Shown here piece by piece: positions 9,956 to 21,056 of a stretch of 64,000 bases of DNA (position 1 is the first letter of the stretch; each line of letters opens with the position of its first letter). A program made the translations under genes and the position numbers. This DNA is from Escherichia phage SelmaRatti: the sequence record MZ501103; one strand, 5' to 3'. The notes under the pieces are model-generated. The model ran no database searches. It was not told the DNA's origin and worked only from the letters and a program-made list of their open reading frames with translations.

Positions 9956-10855
9956 ATGTTTTATTCTCTCATGCGAGAGTCTAAAATAGTTATTGAGTAT
10001 GACGGTAGAGGGTATCATTTCGATGCCCTATCAAACTATGATGTGCGTACTTCCTACGAAGAGTTCAAAACTCTTCGTAGAACTGTTCATCGTAGAACTA
10101 ACTATGCAGACTCTATTATAAATGCTCAAACTCCCTCTTCTATCTCTCTAGCAGTAAATTTCAGTAATACTCTTACTGAGGCTAACTTCTTTGAATGGTT
10201 AGGTTTTTATAGAAAAGGTAATACTTTCTTACTCCCACTATATAGTAGTAATATTGAACCTATTATGTTCAATATCTATATAGTAAATAAAGATAATAAC
10301 TGTGTATATTTTGAAAACTGTTATGTATCTACAGTAGATTTTTCTTTAGATAAGAATATACCAATTCTTAATGTTGGTATTGAGTCTGGAAAATTCTCAG
10401 AAGTATCTACGTATAGAGAAGCAGCCTCTATTATACAGGGTGAAGTAATGTCTTACAGCCCAGTAATAGCTTCTACTAATGGCAGCATCTTACCCGGTCT
10501 TATTTCTGCCTCTTTATCTTTCCAGCAGCAGTGCTCCTGGAGAGAGGATAAGAGTGTTTTTGATATAAATAAAATTTATAATAATAAAAGAGCTTATGTA
10601 AATGAAATGAATGCTTCGGCAACCATTTCCCTGTATTACTTAAAACGTTTTGCAGGAGATATGGTTTACAATATCGAACCGGAGACAGATGTACCTTTAA
10701 ATATAAGAAATAATAATATTTCTATAGATTTTCCTTCAGCACGTATTACAAAACGCCTAGATTTCTCAGATGTGTATAGAGTTGAGTGGGATATTATACC
10801 TACTGCTTCCTCAGACCCAGTGAGAATAGATTTCTTTGGAGAAATTAAAAAATGA
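9956..10855 (+). CDS. hypothetical protein
   Basis: 299-aa ORF between tube and chaperone-like ORFs. Confidence 0.5.
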   Translation: MFYSLMRESKIVIEYDGRGYHFDALSNYDVRTSYEEFKTLRRTVHRRTNYADSIINAQTPSSISLAVNFSNTLTEANFFEWLGFYRKGNTFLLPLYSSNIEPIMFNIYIVNKDNNCVYFENCYVSTVDFSLDKNIPILNVGIESGKFSEVSTYREAASIIQGEVMSYSPVIASTNGSILPGLISASLSFQQQCSWREDKSVFDINKIYNNKRAYVNEMNASATISLYYLKRFAGDMVYNIEPETDVPLNIRNNNISIDFPSARITKRLDFSDVYRVEWDIIPTASSDPVRIDFFGEIKK

Positions 10856-11256
10856 TTAATTTAAAAGATATTACTCTTGATACTCGTACTATTACTCTTT
10901 CCTACCCAGGTATGCCGAACTTTAAACTAGAACTTAACTATATGTCTCGTGCTACCTCTAAACGTGTTATTTCTTCTGCTAAACGCGATGAATGGGTTAA
11001 TGGTACTTTGATTCAGGTACAGGATGATGATAAGTTCATCGAAGCCTTTGTTGATGCAGCTATTAAAGGTTGGACTGGCTTAACTGTAGGTGACGTTGAA
11101 AAACTGATGCTGATTGAAACAGATGCTGATCCTGCTACTGAAGTTCCTTTTAGCCGCGATAATGCTGTAATGCTTATGCAGAACTCTGCTGCGTTTGATT
11201 CTTGGATCAACCAGACAGTGTTCCATTTAGATACTTTTCGTAGCCCAAAAGCGTAA
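10852..11256 (+). CDS. putative tail assembly chaperone
   Basis: 134-aa acidic ORF two genes upstream of the tape measure gene; positional inference. Confidence 0.4.
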   Translation: MINLKDITLDTRTITLSYPGMPNFKLELNYMSRATSKRVISSAKRDEWVNGTLIQVQDDDKFIEAFVDAAIKGWTGLTVGDVEKLMLIETDADPATEVPFSRDNAVMLMQNSAAFDSWINQTVFHLDTFRSPKA

Positions 11257-11317
11257 AGAACTTCTAGATGCTGTTGCTGATTTTGCAGATAAATGTATTA
11301 AGAGCTCAGCATCTAAA

Positions 11318-11686
11318 ATGACCAAACAACAATATTTAATACTTTGCGAGTCAATGGGTATAGAACCTGATCCTAAGGCTATGCCTGTTGAACTTGAAGA
11401 TTTTCCACCTATTGTAGCTATTAGTATGAATATTTATAATAGTCTAATTGACTGTTTCATACCGGGTGACTTTCCTATATTTATAGGTAAAGATAAAGCT
11501 GCTCTAGGTGTTTTATTTGATATTTATGGGATTACTGATCCTATAGAGAAAGAATTTGTTCTACACATCATCAATATATTCGATGCTAAAGCTGTAGATG
11601 CTGCACGTAAACGTGCTGAGAAGCATAAGCCGCAAAACGGAAGGATTCCTAACGTTAAGCCACATGCTAAATCTCGTGCACGATAA
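11318..11686 (+). CDS. hypothetical protein (possible chaperone frameshift extension)
   Basis: 122-aa ORF with weak RBS; its frame is open upstream to 11231 and overlaps the end of the preceding ORF. Confidence 0.4.
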   Translation: MTKQQYLILCESMGIEPDPKAMPVELEDFPPIVAISMNIYNSLIDCFIPGDFPIFIGKDKAALGVLFDIYGITDPIEKEFVLHIINIFDAKAVDAARKRAEKHKPQNGRIPNVKPHAKSRAR

Positions 11687-11723
11687 AAGTTTCCTCCAAT
11701 GGGGCGTTCCACGATGAGGCTTG

Positions 11724-11752
11724 GCTCTGGGTGATATGCCCAGAGCTTTTTT
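11724..11752 (+). terminator. rho-independent terminator immediately upstream of tape measure gene
   Basis: 8-bp stem gctctggg/cccagagc followed by TTTTTT. Confidence 0.7.
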
Positions 11753-11769
11753 ATTGGGAAAAATAAAAC

Positions 11770-14700
11770 ATGACTGATAAGCTAATACGAGAATTACTAA
11801 TAGACGTTAAACAGAAGGGGGCAACTCGTACTGCAAAGTCTATTGAAAACGTATCTGATGCGTTGGAAAACGCTGCTGCTGCTTCCGAACTGACAAATGA
11901 GCAGTTAGGTAAAATGCCCAAAACCCTTTACTCCATTGAGAGGGCAGCAGACAGAGCAGCAAAAAGTCTTACTAGAATGCAAGCTAGTAGGGGTATGGCT
12001 GGTATCACTAAATCCATTGATGGTATTGGTGTTAAGTTAGATGATCTAGCTATTGCAATGATCGAAGTAGCAGATAAACTAGAGGTTGGGTTTAATGGAG
12101 TATCTAGGTCTGTTAAAGCAATGGGTAATGATGCTGCGGCTGCAACAGAAAAAGTCTACGATAGATTATACGATACTAATAGGGCTTTAGTAGGTACATC
12201 TAGAGGTTTTAATAATACTGCTGGTGCTGCTGCTAGAGCTTCTAGAGCTATTGGTAATACTTCTGGTTCAGCACGTGGTGCAACTCGTGATTTTGCAGCA
12301 ATGGCTAAAGTAGGTGGTGGTTTACCTATACTATACGCAGCTCTTGCTTCTAACATCTACGTTTTGAAATCTGCATTTGAACACCTTAAACTAGGTGATC
12401 AGCTAAACAGATTGGAGCAGTTTGGTACTATTGTTGGTTCTATGACAGGTACACCAGTACAGACGCTAGCTCTAGCACTACAAAATGCTACTAATGGTGC
12501 TATATCCTTTGAAGAAGCTATGCGTCAAGCATCCACTGCTTCAGCCTATGGGTTTGATAGTAAACAACTAGAGCAGTTCGGCCTAGTAGCCCGTCGCGCT
12601 GCTGCTGTTCTTGGTGTTGACATGACCGATGCGCTTAACCGTGTAATTAAGGGCGTATCTAAGCAAGAAATAGAACTTCTAGACGAACTTGGTGTTACTA
12701 TTCGCCTTAACGATGCGTATGAAAATTATGTTAAACAGCTAAATGCTACCAGTACAGGCATTAAATATACTGTAGATAGCCTGACTACCTACCAGAGACA
12801 ACAAGCATATGCAAATGAAGTTATAGCAGAATCTACTAGACGTTTCGGATACCTAGATGATGCTCTTAAATCAACTTCTTGGGAACAATTTGCTGCCAAT
12901 GCTAACTCAGCTCTAAGAATTTTACAACAAAGTGCTGCAACCTACTTAAATCCTGTTATGGATACCCTTAATACTTTCTTATACCAAACTAAAGCTTCTC
13001 AATCGAGAGTTTCTGCAATGGCACGTAGTGCATCCGCTAAAACTACTCCATCCGAAAACGTTACAGCTTTAGTAGAGAATGCTGTAGGGGCGAGAGAAGA
13101 TCTAGATACATATCTTAAAGAAAGCGAAGAACGCGTTAAGAAAGCTCAAGAGCTTAAGCAGCAATTAGATGATCTTAAGGCAAAACAGGCAGCTACTGCT
13201 CCTGTCGCCAATGCTCTTACTGCCATCGGTATTGGGGGTGATGATAGTAATAAGTTAGTAACACAACTCACTAATGAATTGGCTCGTCAAAACAAAGAGA
13301 TAGAAGAACGCGCCAAAACTGAGAAGGTTCTAAGACAGGCTGTACAGGATACTGGAGAAGCTCTGTTACGTAATGGCAAACTAGCTGAGCAGTTAGGCGC
13401 TAAGATGAAATATGCTGCCACTGCTGTTCCAGGAGACAGAGGAATATTCGAAGTTGATCCTAATAACCTCAAAGCTGTATCAGAGATACAGAAGAACTTT
13501 GACTTCCTGAAGAAAAGCTCTAGTGATACTGCAAATAATATAAGAATGGCGGCAAGTAGTATTACTAACGCTAAAAAAGCCTCCAGTGACCTAAATAGTG
13601 TTGTAAAAGCAGTAGAAGATACCTCTAAAGTAACCGGGCAGAGTGCAGATACTCTAGTTAAGAACCTAAATCTAGGTTTCTCAAGCCTAGATCAAATGAA
13701 GAATGCTCAGAAAGGCCTAGCAGAATATGTAGCTGTTATGGATAAGAATGAGCAGAACGCGCTAGAAGTAGCTAAACGTAAGGACGAAGTTTACGCTCGG
13801 ACTAAGGATAAGGCTAAGGCAGAATCAGCAGCTAGAGAGGTGTTACTACGACAACAGCAGGAACAGCTTACGGCGGCAAAAGCGTTGCTAGCTATTAACC
13901 CTAATGATCCCGAAGCATTAAAACAAGTAGCTAAGATAGAAACAGAAATTCTTAATACTAAAGCCCAGGGATTTGAAAATGCTAAGAAGACTAAAGACTA
14001 TACTGATAAAATTCTTGGCATTGACGAAGAAATAGCTCTTCTGAATGACCACACTATGACTAGTACTCAGTATAGTTTGGCGCAGTTAAGACTAGAGCTG
14101 CAGTTAGAGCAGAAAAAAGAGAAGTTATACTCTAAACAAGCGGATGGTCAAGTTAAGGTAGAACAGTCAAGACGTGCTCAGGCACAGATAAGTAGAGAGC
14201 TATGGGAAGCAGAAAAACAGGCAACTGCCTCACATGTATCAGCTCTCATGGATGCCTTAGAGGTTAGCCAAACGCAGAAAAATGTCACTGGTCAGTCCCA
14301 GATTCTCACTGAAAGGTTATCTATTCTGCAGCAACAGCTGGAGCTGTCTAAAGGTAATACTGAAGAAGAAATTAAATATCGTAATGAGATTTATAAAACT
14401 TCGGCGGCCCTAGAACAGCTTAAAAAGCAAAGAGAGGATCAAACGTACAAATCAGTCATATCCTCACTAGGGGGTACATTCACTCTTACAACTGGTCTAT
14501 CTGGAGCAGATAAAGAGTTTGCTGATTTTGAGAATAGAATGTCTATGTACGATCAGGCTATAGCTAAGATGTCAGAAGTGGATTCTGCTTCTACAGCATT
14601 GGCTAACAGCATAGGTAATTTCTCCTTAGCAGTGGTGGCTAATGCACAAGATAGCTTGGATAGTATAACAACCATATCTGCAGGTATGCAGATGGTGGGA

Positions 14701-15429
14701 CAGATGATGGCATATTCCGCTAACCAGCAAATAAGTGCAATAGACCAGGCTATTGCAGCAGAACAGAAGCGTGATGGTAAATCTGAGGAATCTAAAGCTA
14801 AAATCAAGAAGTTGGAGGCAGAAAAGACTAAGATACAGCAGCGAGAAGCTAAAAAGCAAATAATCATATCTACAGCCGTAGCTATGATGAACGCTGCAGC
14901 TACCCGTCCGTTCTTACCATTAGGGTTAACGATGATGGCCACTGCGGCTGCTGCAGGCGCACTATCCTTAGCCGCTGCTTCTAGTGCATCCTCTATACCC
15001 TCTGTGGATTCTGGAGCAAATACTACTAGTTACTTAGCTCTAGGTGAACGACAGAAGAACGTTGATGTATCTATGCAAGCTAGCTCAGGAGAATTATCCT
15101 ACCTACGTGGTGATAAAGGTATTGGTAATGCCAACTCATTTGTTCCACGTGCTGAGGGTGGTATGATGTACCCTGGGGTTAGTTATCAAATGGGTGAGCA
15201 TGGTACCGAAGTAGTAACTCCTATGGTTCCTATGAAAGCTACACCTAATGATGAGCTAAAAACCTCATCCAACTCAACTTCAGGAAGACCTATCATACTG
15301 AATATTAGTGCTATGGATGCTGCTAGTTTTAGAGAGTTCGCCTCTAGTAATAGCGGCGCTCTGAGGGATGCAGTAGAATTAGCTCTGAATGAGAATGGTG
15401 CTAGCCTAAAAACACTAGGAAATTCTTAA
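11770..15429 (+). CDS. tail tape measure protein (pb2-like)
   Basis: 1219 aa, long Ala/Gln/Lys-rich coiled-coil, C-terminal hydrophobic segment; size as recalled for T5 pb2. Confidence 0.9.
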   Translation: MTDKLIRELLIDVKQKGATRTAKSIENVSDALENAAAASELTNEQLGKMPKTLYSIERAADRAAKSLTRMQASRGMAGITKSIDGIGVKLDDLAIAMIEVADKLEVGFNGVSRSVKAMGNDAAAATEKVYDRLYDTNRALVGTSRGFNNTAGAAARASRAIGNTSGSARGATRDFAAMAKVGGGLPILYAALASNIYVLKSAFEHLKLGDQLNRLEQFGTIVGSMTGTPVQTLALALQNATNGAISFEEAMRQASTASAYGFDSKQLEQFGLVARRAAAVLGVDMTDALNRVIKGVSKQEIELLDELGVTIRLNDAYENYVKQLNATSTGIKYTVDSLTTYQRQQAYANEVIAESTRRFGYLDDALKSTSWEQFAANANSALRILQQSAATYLNPVMDTLNTFLYQTKASQSRVSAMARSASAKTTPSENVTALVENAVGAREDLDTYLKESEERVKKAQELKQQLDDLKAKQAATAPVANALTAIGIGGDDSNKLVTQLTNELARQNKEIEERAKTEKVLRQAVQDTGEALLRNGKLAEQLGAKMKYAATAVPGDRGIFEVDPNNLKAVSEIQKNFDFLKKSSSDTANNIRMAASSITNAKKASSDLNSVVKAVEDTSKVTGQSADTLVKNLNLGFSSLDQMKNAQKGLAEYVAVMDKNEQNALEVAKRKDEVYARTKDKAKAESAAREVLLRQQQEQLTAAKALLAINPNDPEALKQVAKIETEILNTKAQGFENAKKTKDYTDKILGIDEEIALLNDHTMTSTQYSLAQLRLELQLEQKKEKLYSKQADGQVKVEQSRRAQAQISRELWEAEKQATASHVSALMDALEVSQTQKNVTGQSQILTERLSILQQQLELSKGNTEEEIKYRNEIYKTSAALEQLKKQREDQTYKSVISSLGGTFTLTTGLSGADKEFADFENRMSMYDQAIAKMSEVDSASTALANSIGNFSLAVVANAQDSLDSITTISAGMQMVGQMMAYSANQQISAIDQAIAAEQKRDGKSEESKAKIKKLEAEKTKIQQREAKKQIIISTAVAMMNAAATRPFLPLGLTMMATAAAAGALSLAAASSASSIPSVDSGANTTSYLALGERQKNVDVSMQASSGELSYLRGDKGIGNANSFVPRAEGGMMYPGVSYQMGEHGTEVVTPMVPMKATPNDELKTSSNSTSGRPIILNISAMDAASFREFASSNSGALRDAVELALNENGASLKTLGNS

Positions 15430-15436
15430 AACTGGA

Positions 15437-15462
15437 GGAGGACTTTGAGTCCTCCTTTTCTT
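15437..15462 (+). terminator. rho-independent terminator after tape measure gene
   Basis: stem ggaggac/gtcctcc followed by TTTTCTTT. Confidence 0.75.
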
Positions 15463-15482
15463 TATGGAAAAATAAAAATTTC

Positions 15483-15511
15483 TTGATAAAATTTTCTAAT
15501 ACTATTATAAT
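15483..15511 (+). promoter_or_regulatory. sigma70-type promoter (TTGATA-17-TATAAT) upstream of distal tail protein gene
   Basis: -35 15483-15488, -10 15506-15511, follows TMP terminator. Confidence 0.55.
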
Positions 15512-15538
15512 AATTGTATCTAAGAGGAGAAATTAACT

Positions 15539-16153
15539 ATGAGATTACCAGACCCATACACGAATCCAGAACTTTCAGGATTAGGATTCGAAAGTGTTAA
15601 CCTGATTGATAATGACCCAGTAATTCGTGATGAGTTACCTAATGGTAAAGTTAACGAAGTTAAGGTATCTGCTCAGTACTGGGGTATAAATATTTCTTAC
15701 CCAGAATTGTTTCCTGATGAATATAGTGTTCTAGATTCCTTTATTCTAGAGTATAAGAGGACAGGAGGCTACATTGATGTTATATTACCTCAGTATGAGG
15801 CTTTTAGAGTTAGAGGTAATACTAGCCTAGTAAATATACCTGCTGGACAGAAGGGTTCTAATATAACTATGGATACAAAAGGACTTCTCACAGGTACTCC
15901 AAAACCTGGAGATCTATTTAAGCTGTCTAACCACCCAAAAGTATATAAAATAACATCATTTAACAAATCAGGTAATACATGGTCTATAAACTTATACCCT
16001 GATTTATTTATAACTACTACTGGAGCGGAGAAGCCAGTATTTAATGGAATACTATTTAGAACAAAACTCATGAATGGTGATGCTTTTGGATCTACACTAA
16101 ATAATAACGGAACATATTCCAACATCTCATTAAATTTACGGGAAAGTCTATGA
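15539..16153 (+). CDS. distal tail protein (pb9-like)
   Basis: 204 aa immediately after the tape measure gene; own promoter and AGGAG RBS. Confidence 0.75.
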   Translation: MRLPDPYTNPELSGLGFESVNLIDNDPVIRDELPNGKVNEVKVSAQYWGINISYPELFPDEYSVLDSFILEYKRTGGYIDVILPQYEAFRVRGNTSLVNIPAGQKGSNITMDTKGLLTGTPKPGDLFKLSNHPKVYKITSFNKSGNTWSINLYPDLFITTTGAEKPVFNGILFRTKLMNGDAFGSTLNNNGTYSNISLNLRESL

Positions 16154-18999
16154 AAAAAATATTAGATAGTGCTAGAAACTACTTAAAAAATAATAGCAGA
16201 ATAAAAACTGCTAGTCTAATTTCTCTAGAATTACCCGGCTCTACTGGTACTAGTACTGCTTTTATTTACTTAACTGACTATTTTAGAGATGTACTATATA
16301 ATGGTATTTTGTACCAGGCCGGTAAAGTTAAGTCTATTAGCACACATAAACAAAATAGAGATTTATCTATTGGCAGCCTATCTTTTACTATTACTGGTAC
16401 AGCACAGGATGAAGTACTAAAACTAGTACAAAATGGTGTATCCTTCTTAGATAGAACCGTATCAATTCATCAAGCAATTATTACTGAAGATGGTTCTATT
16501 CTACCAGTAGATCCAGATACAAATGGTCCTTTACTATACTTTAGGGGGAGGATTACTGGAGGGGGTATTAAAGATAACATTAGTACCTCTGGAGTAGGAA
16601 CCTCTACAATTACCTGGAATTGTTCTAACCAATTCTATGACTTTGATAGAGTTAATGGTAGATATACTGATGACGCTTCCCATAGGGGGCTTGAAGTTGT
16701 AGCTGGACAGTTAGTACCATCTAATGGGGCTAAAAGACCTGAGTACCAAGAAGACTATGGGTTCTTCCACTCTAATAAAAGTATCTCTATCCTAGCAAAA
16801 TATCAGGTTCAAGAAGAAAGATACAAGCTAAAATCAAAGAAAAAATTATTTGGTTTATCTAGAAGCTACAGCCTTAAAAAATACTATGAAACTGTCACTA
16901 AGGAAGTGGATATAGATTTTAACCTTGCTGCTAAATACATACCGGTGGTTTATGGAGTTCAAAAAATTCCTGGAATACCCATTTTTGCTGATACAGAACT
17001 ACACAATCCTAATATAGTTTACGTAGTATATGCTTTTGCTGAAGGAGAGATTGATGGTTTTCTTGATTTCTCCTTTGGTGATAACCCTATGATCTGCGTA
17101 GATGCTAATGATAGCTCTGCTAGAACCTGCTTTGGTACTAAAAAAATAGCAGGAGATACAATGCAGAGGATAGCATCTGGAACCTCCTCTAGTAGTCCAT
17201 CCGTTCATGGTCAAGAGTATAAGTATAATGATGGAAATGGTGATATAAGGATTTGGACTTATCACGGAAAACCTGACCAAACGGCTTCTGAAGTACTAGT
17301 AGATATAGCTAAAGAACGTGGGTTCTACCTTCAGAATATGAATGGCAATGGACCGGAGTACTGGGATGCTAGATATAAACTACTAGATACTGCATACGCA
17401 GTGGTGCGCTTCACTATTAATGAAAATAGGACTGAGATTCCTGAAGTTAGTGCTGAGATTCAGGGTAAGAAGATAAAAATTTACCATTCTGATGGTAGAG
17501 TAACTGCCAATAGTACTAGTTTAAATGGTATTTGGCAAACACTTGATTACTTAACCTCTGATAGATATGGCGCTAATATTACTATTGATCAGTTCCCCCT
17601 TCAGCAACTAATACAGGAAGCAGCTATTTTAGATATTATAGATGAATCCTATCAGGTATCTTGGCAGCCATATTGGAGATACGTTGGATGGGCTGATCCA
17701 CTAGCAGAAAATAGACAAATAGTGCAAATGAATACTATTCTGGATACATCTGAATCAGTATTTAAAAATGTGCAAGGTTTGTTAGAGTCCTATGGTGGGG
17801 CTATTAACAATTTATCTGGCCAGTATAGGGTTACTGTAGAAAAATATTCCGATACTCCTCTAGAAATTAATTTTCTAGATACTTATGGTGATTTGGAGCT
17901 ATCTGATACTACTGGTAGAAATAAATTCAACTCAGTTCAAGCATCTATCGTAGATCCAGCCCTTAGCTGGAAAACTAATTCCATTACATTCTATAACTCC
18001 AAGTACAAGGAACAGGACAAGAACCTAGATAAAAAATTACAACTATCTTTTGCTAACATTACTAATTACTATACTGCAAGAAGTTTTGCTGATAGGGAAC
18101 TTAAGAAATCCAGATACTCAAGAACACTTTCTTTCTCATTGCCATACCAATTCATTGGTATTGAGCCTAATGATGCTATTGCATTTACATACGACCGTTA
18201 TGGGTGGGATAAGAAGTACTTCCTAGTAGACGAAGTGGAAAACTCTAGGGAAGGAAAGATAAATGTTACTCTACAGGAGTATGGAGAAGATGTATTCATC
18301 AACTCTGAGCAGGTTGATAATAGTGGTAATGATATTCCCGATATTAGTAATAATGTCCTTCCTCCTAGAGACTTTAAGTATACCCCTACTCCTGGCGGTT
18401 TAGTAGGCTCTATAGGTAAAAATGGTGAGTTATCCTGGCTTCCGAGTCTAACCAATAATGTAGTTTATTACTCTATTGTGCACTCAGGCCATGCCGAACC
18501 TTACATAATACAACAGTTAGAGACCAATCCTAACGAACGTATGATCCAAGAAATAATTGGGGAACCAGCAGGTCTGGCTATATTTGAGATAAGGGCAGTA
18601 GATATTAATGGTAGAAGAAGTTCTCCGGTGACTCTGTCTATAGAACTTAACTCTGCTAAAAACCTTAGTGTGGTATCTAATTTTAGGGTAACTAATACTG
18701 CTTCTGGAGATGTAACTGAGTTTGTTGGCCCAGATGTGAAACTAGCCTGGGATAGAATACCTGAAGAAGATATAATAGAGAGTATATTTTATACCCTTGA
18801 AATACACGATTCGCAAAATAGGATGTTAAGAAGTGTACGTATTGAAAATCAGTATACTTATGACTATTTATTAACATATAATAAGGCAGACTTTGCTCTC
18901 CAGAACAGCGGTGCTCTAGGTATAAATAGAAAATTGTATTTTCGTATTAGGGCAGAAGGGGATGATGGAGAACAGTCTGTGGAGTGGGCATCCATTTAA
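16150..18999 (+). CDS. baseplate hub / tail tip protein (pb3-like)
   Basis: 949 aa, position after distal tail protein; size as recalled for T5 pb3. Confidence 0.8.
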   Translation: MKKILDSARNYLKNNSRIKTASLISLELPGSTGTSTAFIYLTDYFRDVLYNGILYQAGKVKSISTHKQNRDLSIGSLSFTITGTAQDEVLKLVQNGVSFLDRTVSIHQAIITEDGSILPVDPDTNGPLLYFRGRITGGGIKDNISTSGVGTSTITWNCSNQFYDFDRVNGRYTDDASHRGLEVVAGQLVPSNGAKRPEYQEDYGFFHSNKSISILAKYQVQEERYKLKSKKKLFGLSRSYSLKKYYETVTKEVDIDFNLAAKYIPVVYGVQKIPGIPIFADTELHNPNIVYVVYAFAEGEIDGFLDFSFGDNPMICVDANDSSARTCFGTKKIAGDTMQRIASGTSSSSPSVHGQEYKYNDGNGDIRIWTYHGKPDQTASEVLVDIAKERGFYLQNMNGNGPEYWDARYKLLDTAYAVVRFTINENRTEIPEVSAEIQGKKIKIYHSDGRVTANSTSLNGIWQTLDYLTSDRYGANITIDQFPLQQLIQEAAILDIIDESYQVSWQPYWRYVGWADPLAENRQIVQMNTILDTSESVFKNVQGLLESYGGAINNLSGQYRVTVEKYSDTPLEINFLDTYGDLELSDTTGRNKFNSVQASIVDPALSWKTNSITFYNSKYKEQDKNLDKKLQLSFANITNYYTARSFADRELKKSRYSRTLSFSLPYQFIGIEPNDAIAFTYDRYGWDKKYFLVDEVENSREGKINVTLQEYGEDVFINSEQVDNSGNDIPDISNNVLPPRDFKYTPTPGGLVGSIGKNGELSWLPSLTNNVVYYSIVHSGHAEPYIIQQLETNPNERMIQEIIGEPAGLAIFEIRAVDINGRRSSPVTLSIELNSAKNLSVVSNFRVTNTASGDVTEFVGPDVKLAWDRIPEEDIIESIFYTLEIHDSQNRMLRSVRIENQYTYDYLLTYNKADFALQNSGALGINRKLYFRIRAEGDDGEQSVEWASI

Positions 19000-21056
19000 T
19001 GATTTCAAATAATGCACCAGCCAAAATGGTCTTAAATAGTATAATGACTGGATATACTTTGGCTTATGTCCAGCACTCCATTTATACTGATTATGATGTT
19101 ATTGGTAGATCTTTTTGGTTAAAAATAGGAGAAAGTATAGATAGACGTGATTACACCGGTATAGATACTTTCTTCGTAATGATTAATAATCTAACCCCCT
19201 CTACCTCCTATGAGATTCAGGGGGCTTTCTATGACTCAATTATTGACTCAGAGTTACTGGAAGCTAAGATTGGTATCAACCTCTCTAATGAAACTAACTT
19301 TAGAACAAAGGAAAAGCCAATAATTACTGCAGCAAGATCTGAATCAGAACCCGTTGACGTTGGTGTTGGTGCTCCAATAGTTGTTGTAGAGACTGCTGGT
19401 GAAGCTAGTTACTGCACTATTGAATTAAAAAGTACTGCATCAGAAGGTAGTGAATGGGTTAAATATTATATAGGCGCACTGGGACCTACTATCAAATTTG
19501 GTGGTGTTCCTGTTGGCGACTATAAGATCAGAATATCCGGTCAAGTTACTATGCCAGATGGTGTTACAGTTGACTCATCTGGTTATTATGAATATCCTAG
19601 CGTTTTCACTGTAGCTTATAATTTTGTACCACCTACTGCACCTACTAACATTGCCTTTAAAGCTGCACGAATCGCAGATGGTAAGGAACGATATGATGTT
19701 AGAATAGAGTGGGACTGGGAACGTGGTGCGGGTGCTAACGTCCGTGAATTTCTGGTTACTTATATAAACTCTGAAGAATACGCTAAGACTGGCTGGGCTA
19801 AAGCTCAAAAGATAAACGTTGGGGCTGCTAGAGCTGCAACGATTATATCATTCCCGTGGAAAGTTGAGCATACTTTTAAGGTATCATCAATTGCCTGGGG
19901 ACCAAATAAGCAAGATATAACAGAATCAGCTCCTGTAACGTTTATACTTAATGAAGATACTCCTCTAGACAACAGCTTTGTCAATGAGACGGGTATTGAT
20001 GTTAATTATGCCTTTATTAAGGGCAGCATGAAAGATGGAGAAATCTGGAGACAGACATTCTTAATCGACGCAGCTACTGGTGCTATTAACATTGGTCTGC
20101 TGGATGAAGAAGGAAAAGCACCTATTTCTTTTGACCCTATAAACCGTGTTGTTAACGTTGATGGTAAAGTAATTACTAGAGATATTAATGCTGCGAACTT
20201 TATCATGACTAACTTATCTGGTAAGGATAACCCAGCAATTTACACTCAAGGTAAATCTTGGGGGGATAATAACTCCGGTATTTGGATGGGTATGGATAAT
20301 ACCTCTGCCAAAGCTAAATTAGACATTGGTAACGCTACACAATGGATACGTTATGATGGTACTACCTTGCGTATCTCTAGTGGTGTAGTAATTGGGACAC
20401 CAAATGGTGACGTAGATATTGAAACTGGTTTACAAGGTAAACAGACAGTATTTGTTTATAAGTTAGCAACATCTCTACCTGCTAAACCACTAGAACAAGA
20501 TTATCCACCTCCTGGTTGGTCAAAAACTCCACCTAACCGTACAGATATGACACAAAATATCTATGCGACTACGGGTACACTTGATCCAGTTACTAATAGG
20601 TTATTAGAGGGCACTAGCTGGTCAGATGTGGTTCAGTGGAGCGGTACTGAAGGTACTATAGGGCATGATGGACAACGTGGTCCTGGGATGTACTCTGTAG
20701 GTATAGCAGGTTTAGGTGGTTGGGATGATGGACAAGCTAATTCCTTCTTTCAAAGTAACTTCGGTTCTCCCCCAGTTAAATATGATGTATTAACTGAATT
20801 TAATAGTAATGCCACACAATCAGCATTTACACGGCAATGGAATGGGTCTGGTTGGGTTAACCCTGCAATGGTTCTCCACGGAAACATGATTGTTAATGGG
20901 ACGGTGACGGCAGATAAAATTGTAGCAGGAAATGCTTTCTTATCTCAGATCGGTGTTAACATCATTTATGATAGGAACGCTGCGTTATCAGGAAACCCTG
21001 AGGCATACTACAAGATGAAGATAGACCTAAATAGTGGGTATATCCATATAAGGTAA
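18984..21056 (+). CDS. central straight fibre protein (pb4-like)
   Basis: 690 aa, beta-rich repeats, follows hub gene. Confidence 0.75.
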   Translation: MGIHLMISNNAPAKMVLNSIMTGYTLAYVQHSIYTDYDVIGRSFWLKIGESIDRRDYTGIDTFFVMINNLTPSTSYEIQGAFYDSIIDSELLEAKIGINLSNETNFRTKEKPIITAARSESEPVDVGVGAPIVVVETAGEASYCTIELKSTASEGSEWVKYYIGALGPTIKFGGVPVGDYKIRISGQVTMPDGVTVDSSGYYEYPSVFTVAYNFVPPTAPTNIAFKAARIADGKERYDVRIEWDWERGAGANVREFLVTYINSEEYAKTGWAKAQKINVGAARAATIISFPWKVEHTFKVSSIAWGPNKQDITESAPVTFILNEDTPLDNSFVNETGIDVNYAFIKGSMKDGEIWRQTFLIDAATGAINIGLLDEEGKAPISFDPINRVVNVDGKVITRDINAANFIMTNLSGKDNPAIYTQGKSWGDNNSGIWMGMDNTSAKAKLDIGNATQWIRYDGTTLRISSGVVIGTPNGDVDIETGLQGKQTVFVYKLATSLPAKPLEQDYPPPGWSKTPPNRTDMTQNIYATTGTLDPVTNRLLEGTSWSDVVQWSGTEGTIGHDGQRGPGMYSVGIAGLGGWDDGQANSFFQSNFGSPPVKYDVLTEFNSNATQSAFTRQWNGSGWVNPAMVLHGNMIVNGTVTADKIVAGNAFLSQIGVNIIYDRNAALSGNPEAYYKMKIDLNSGYIHIR

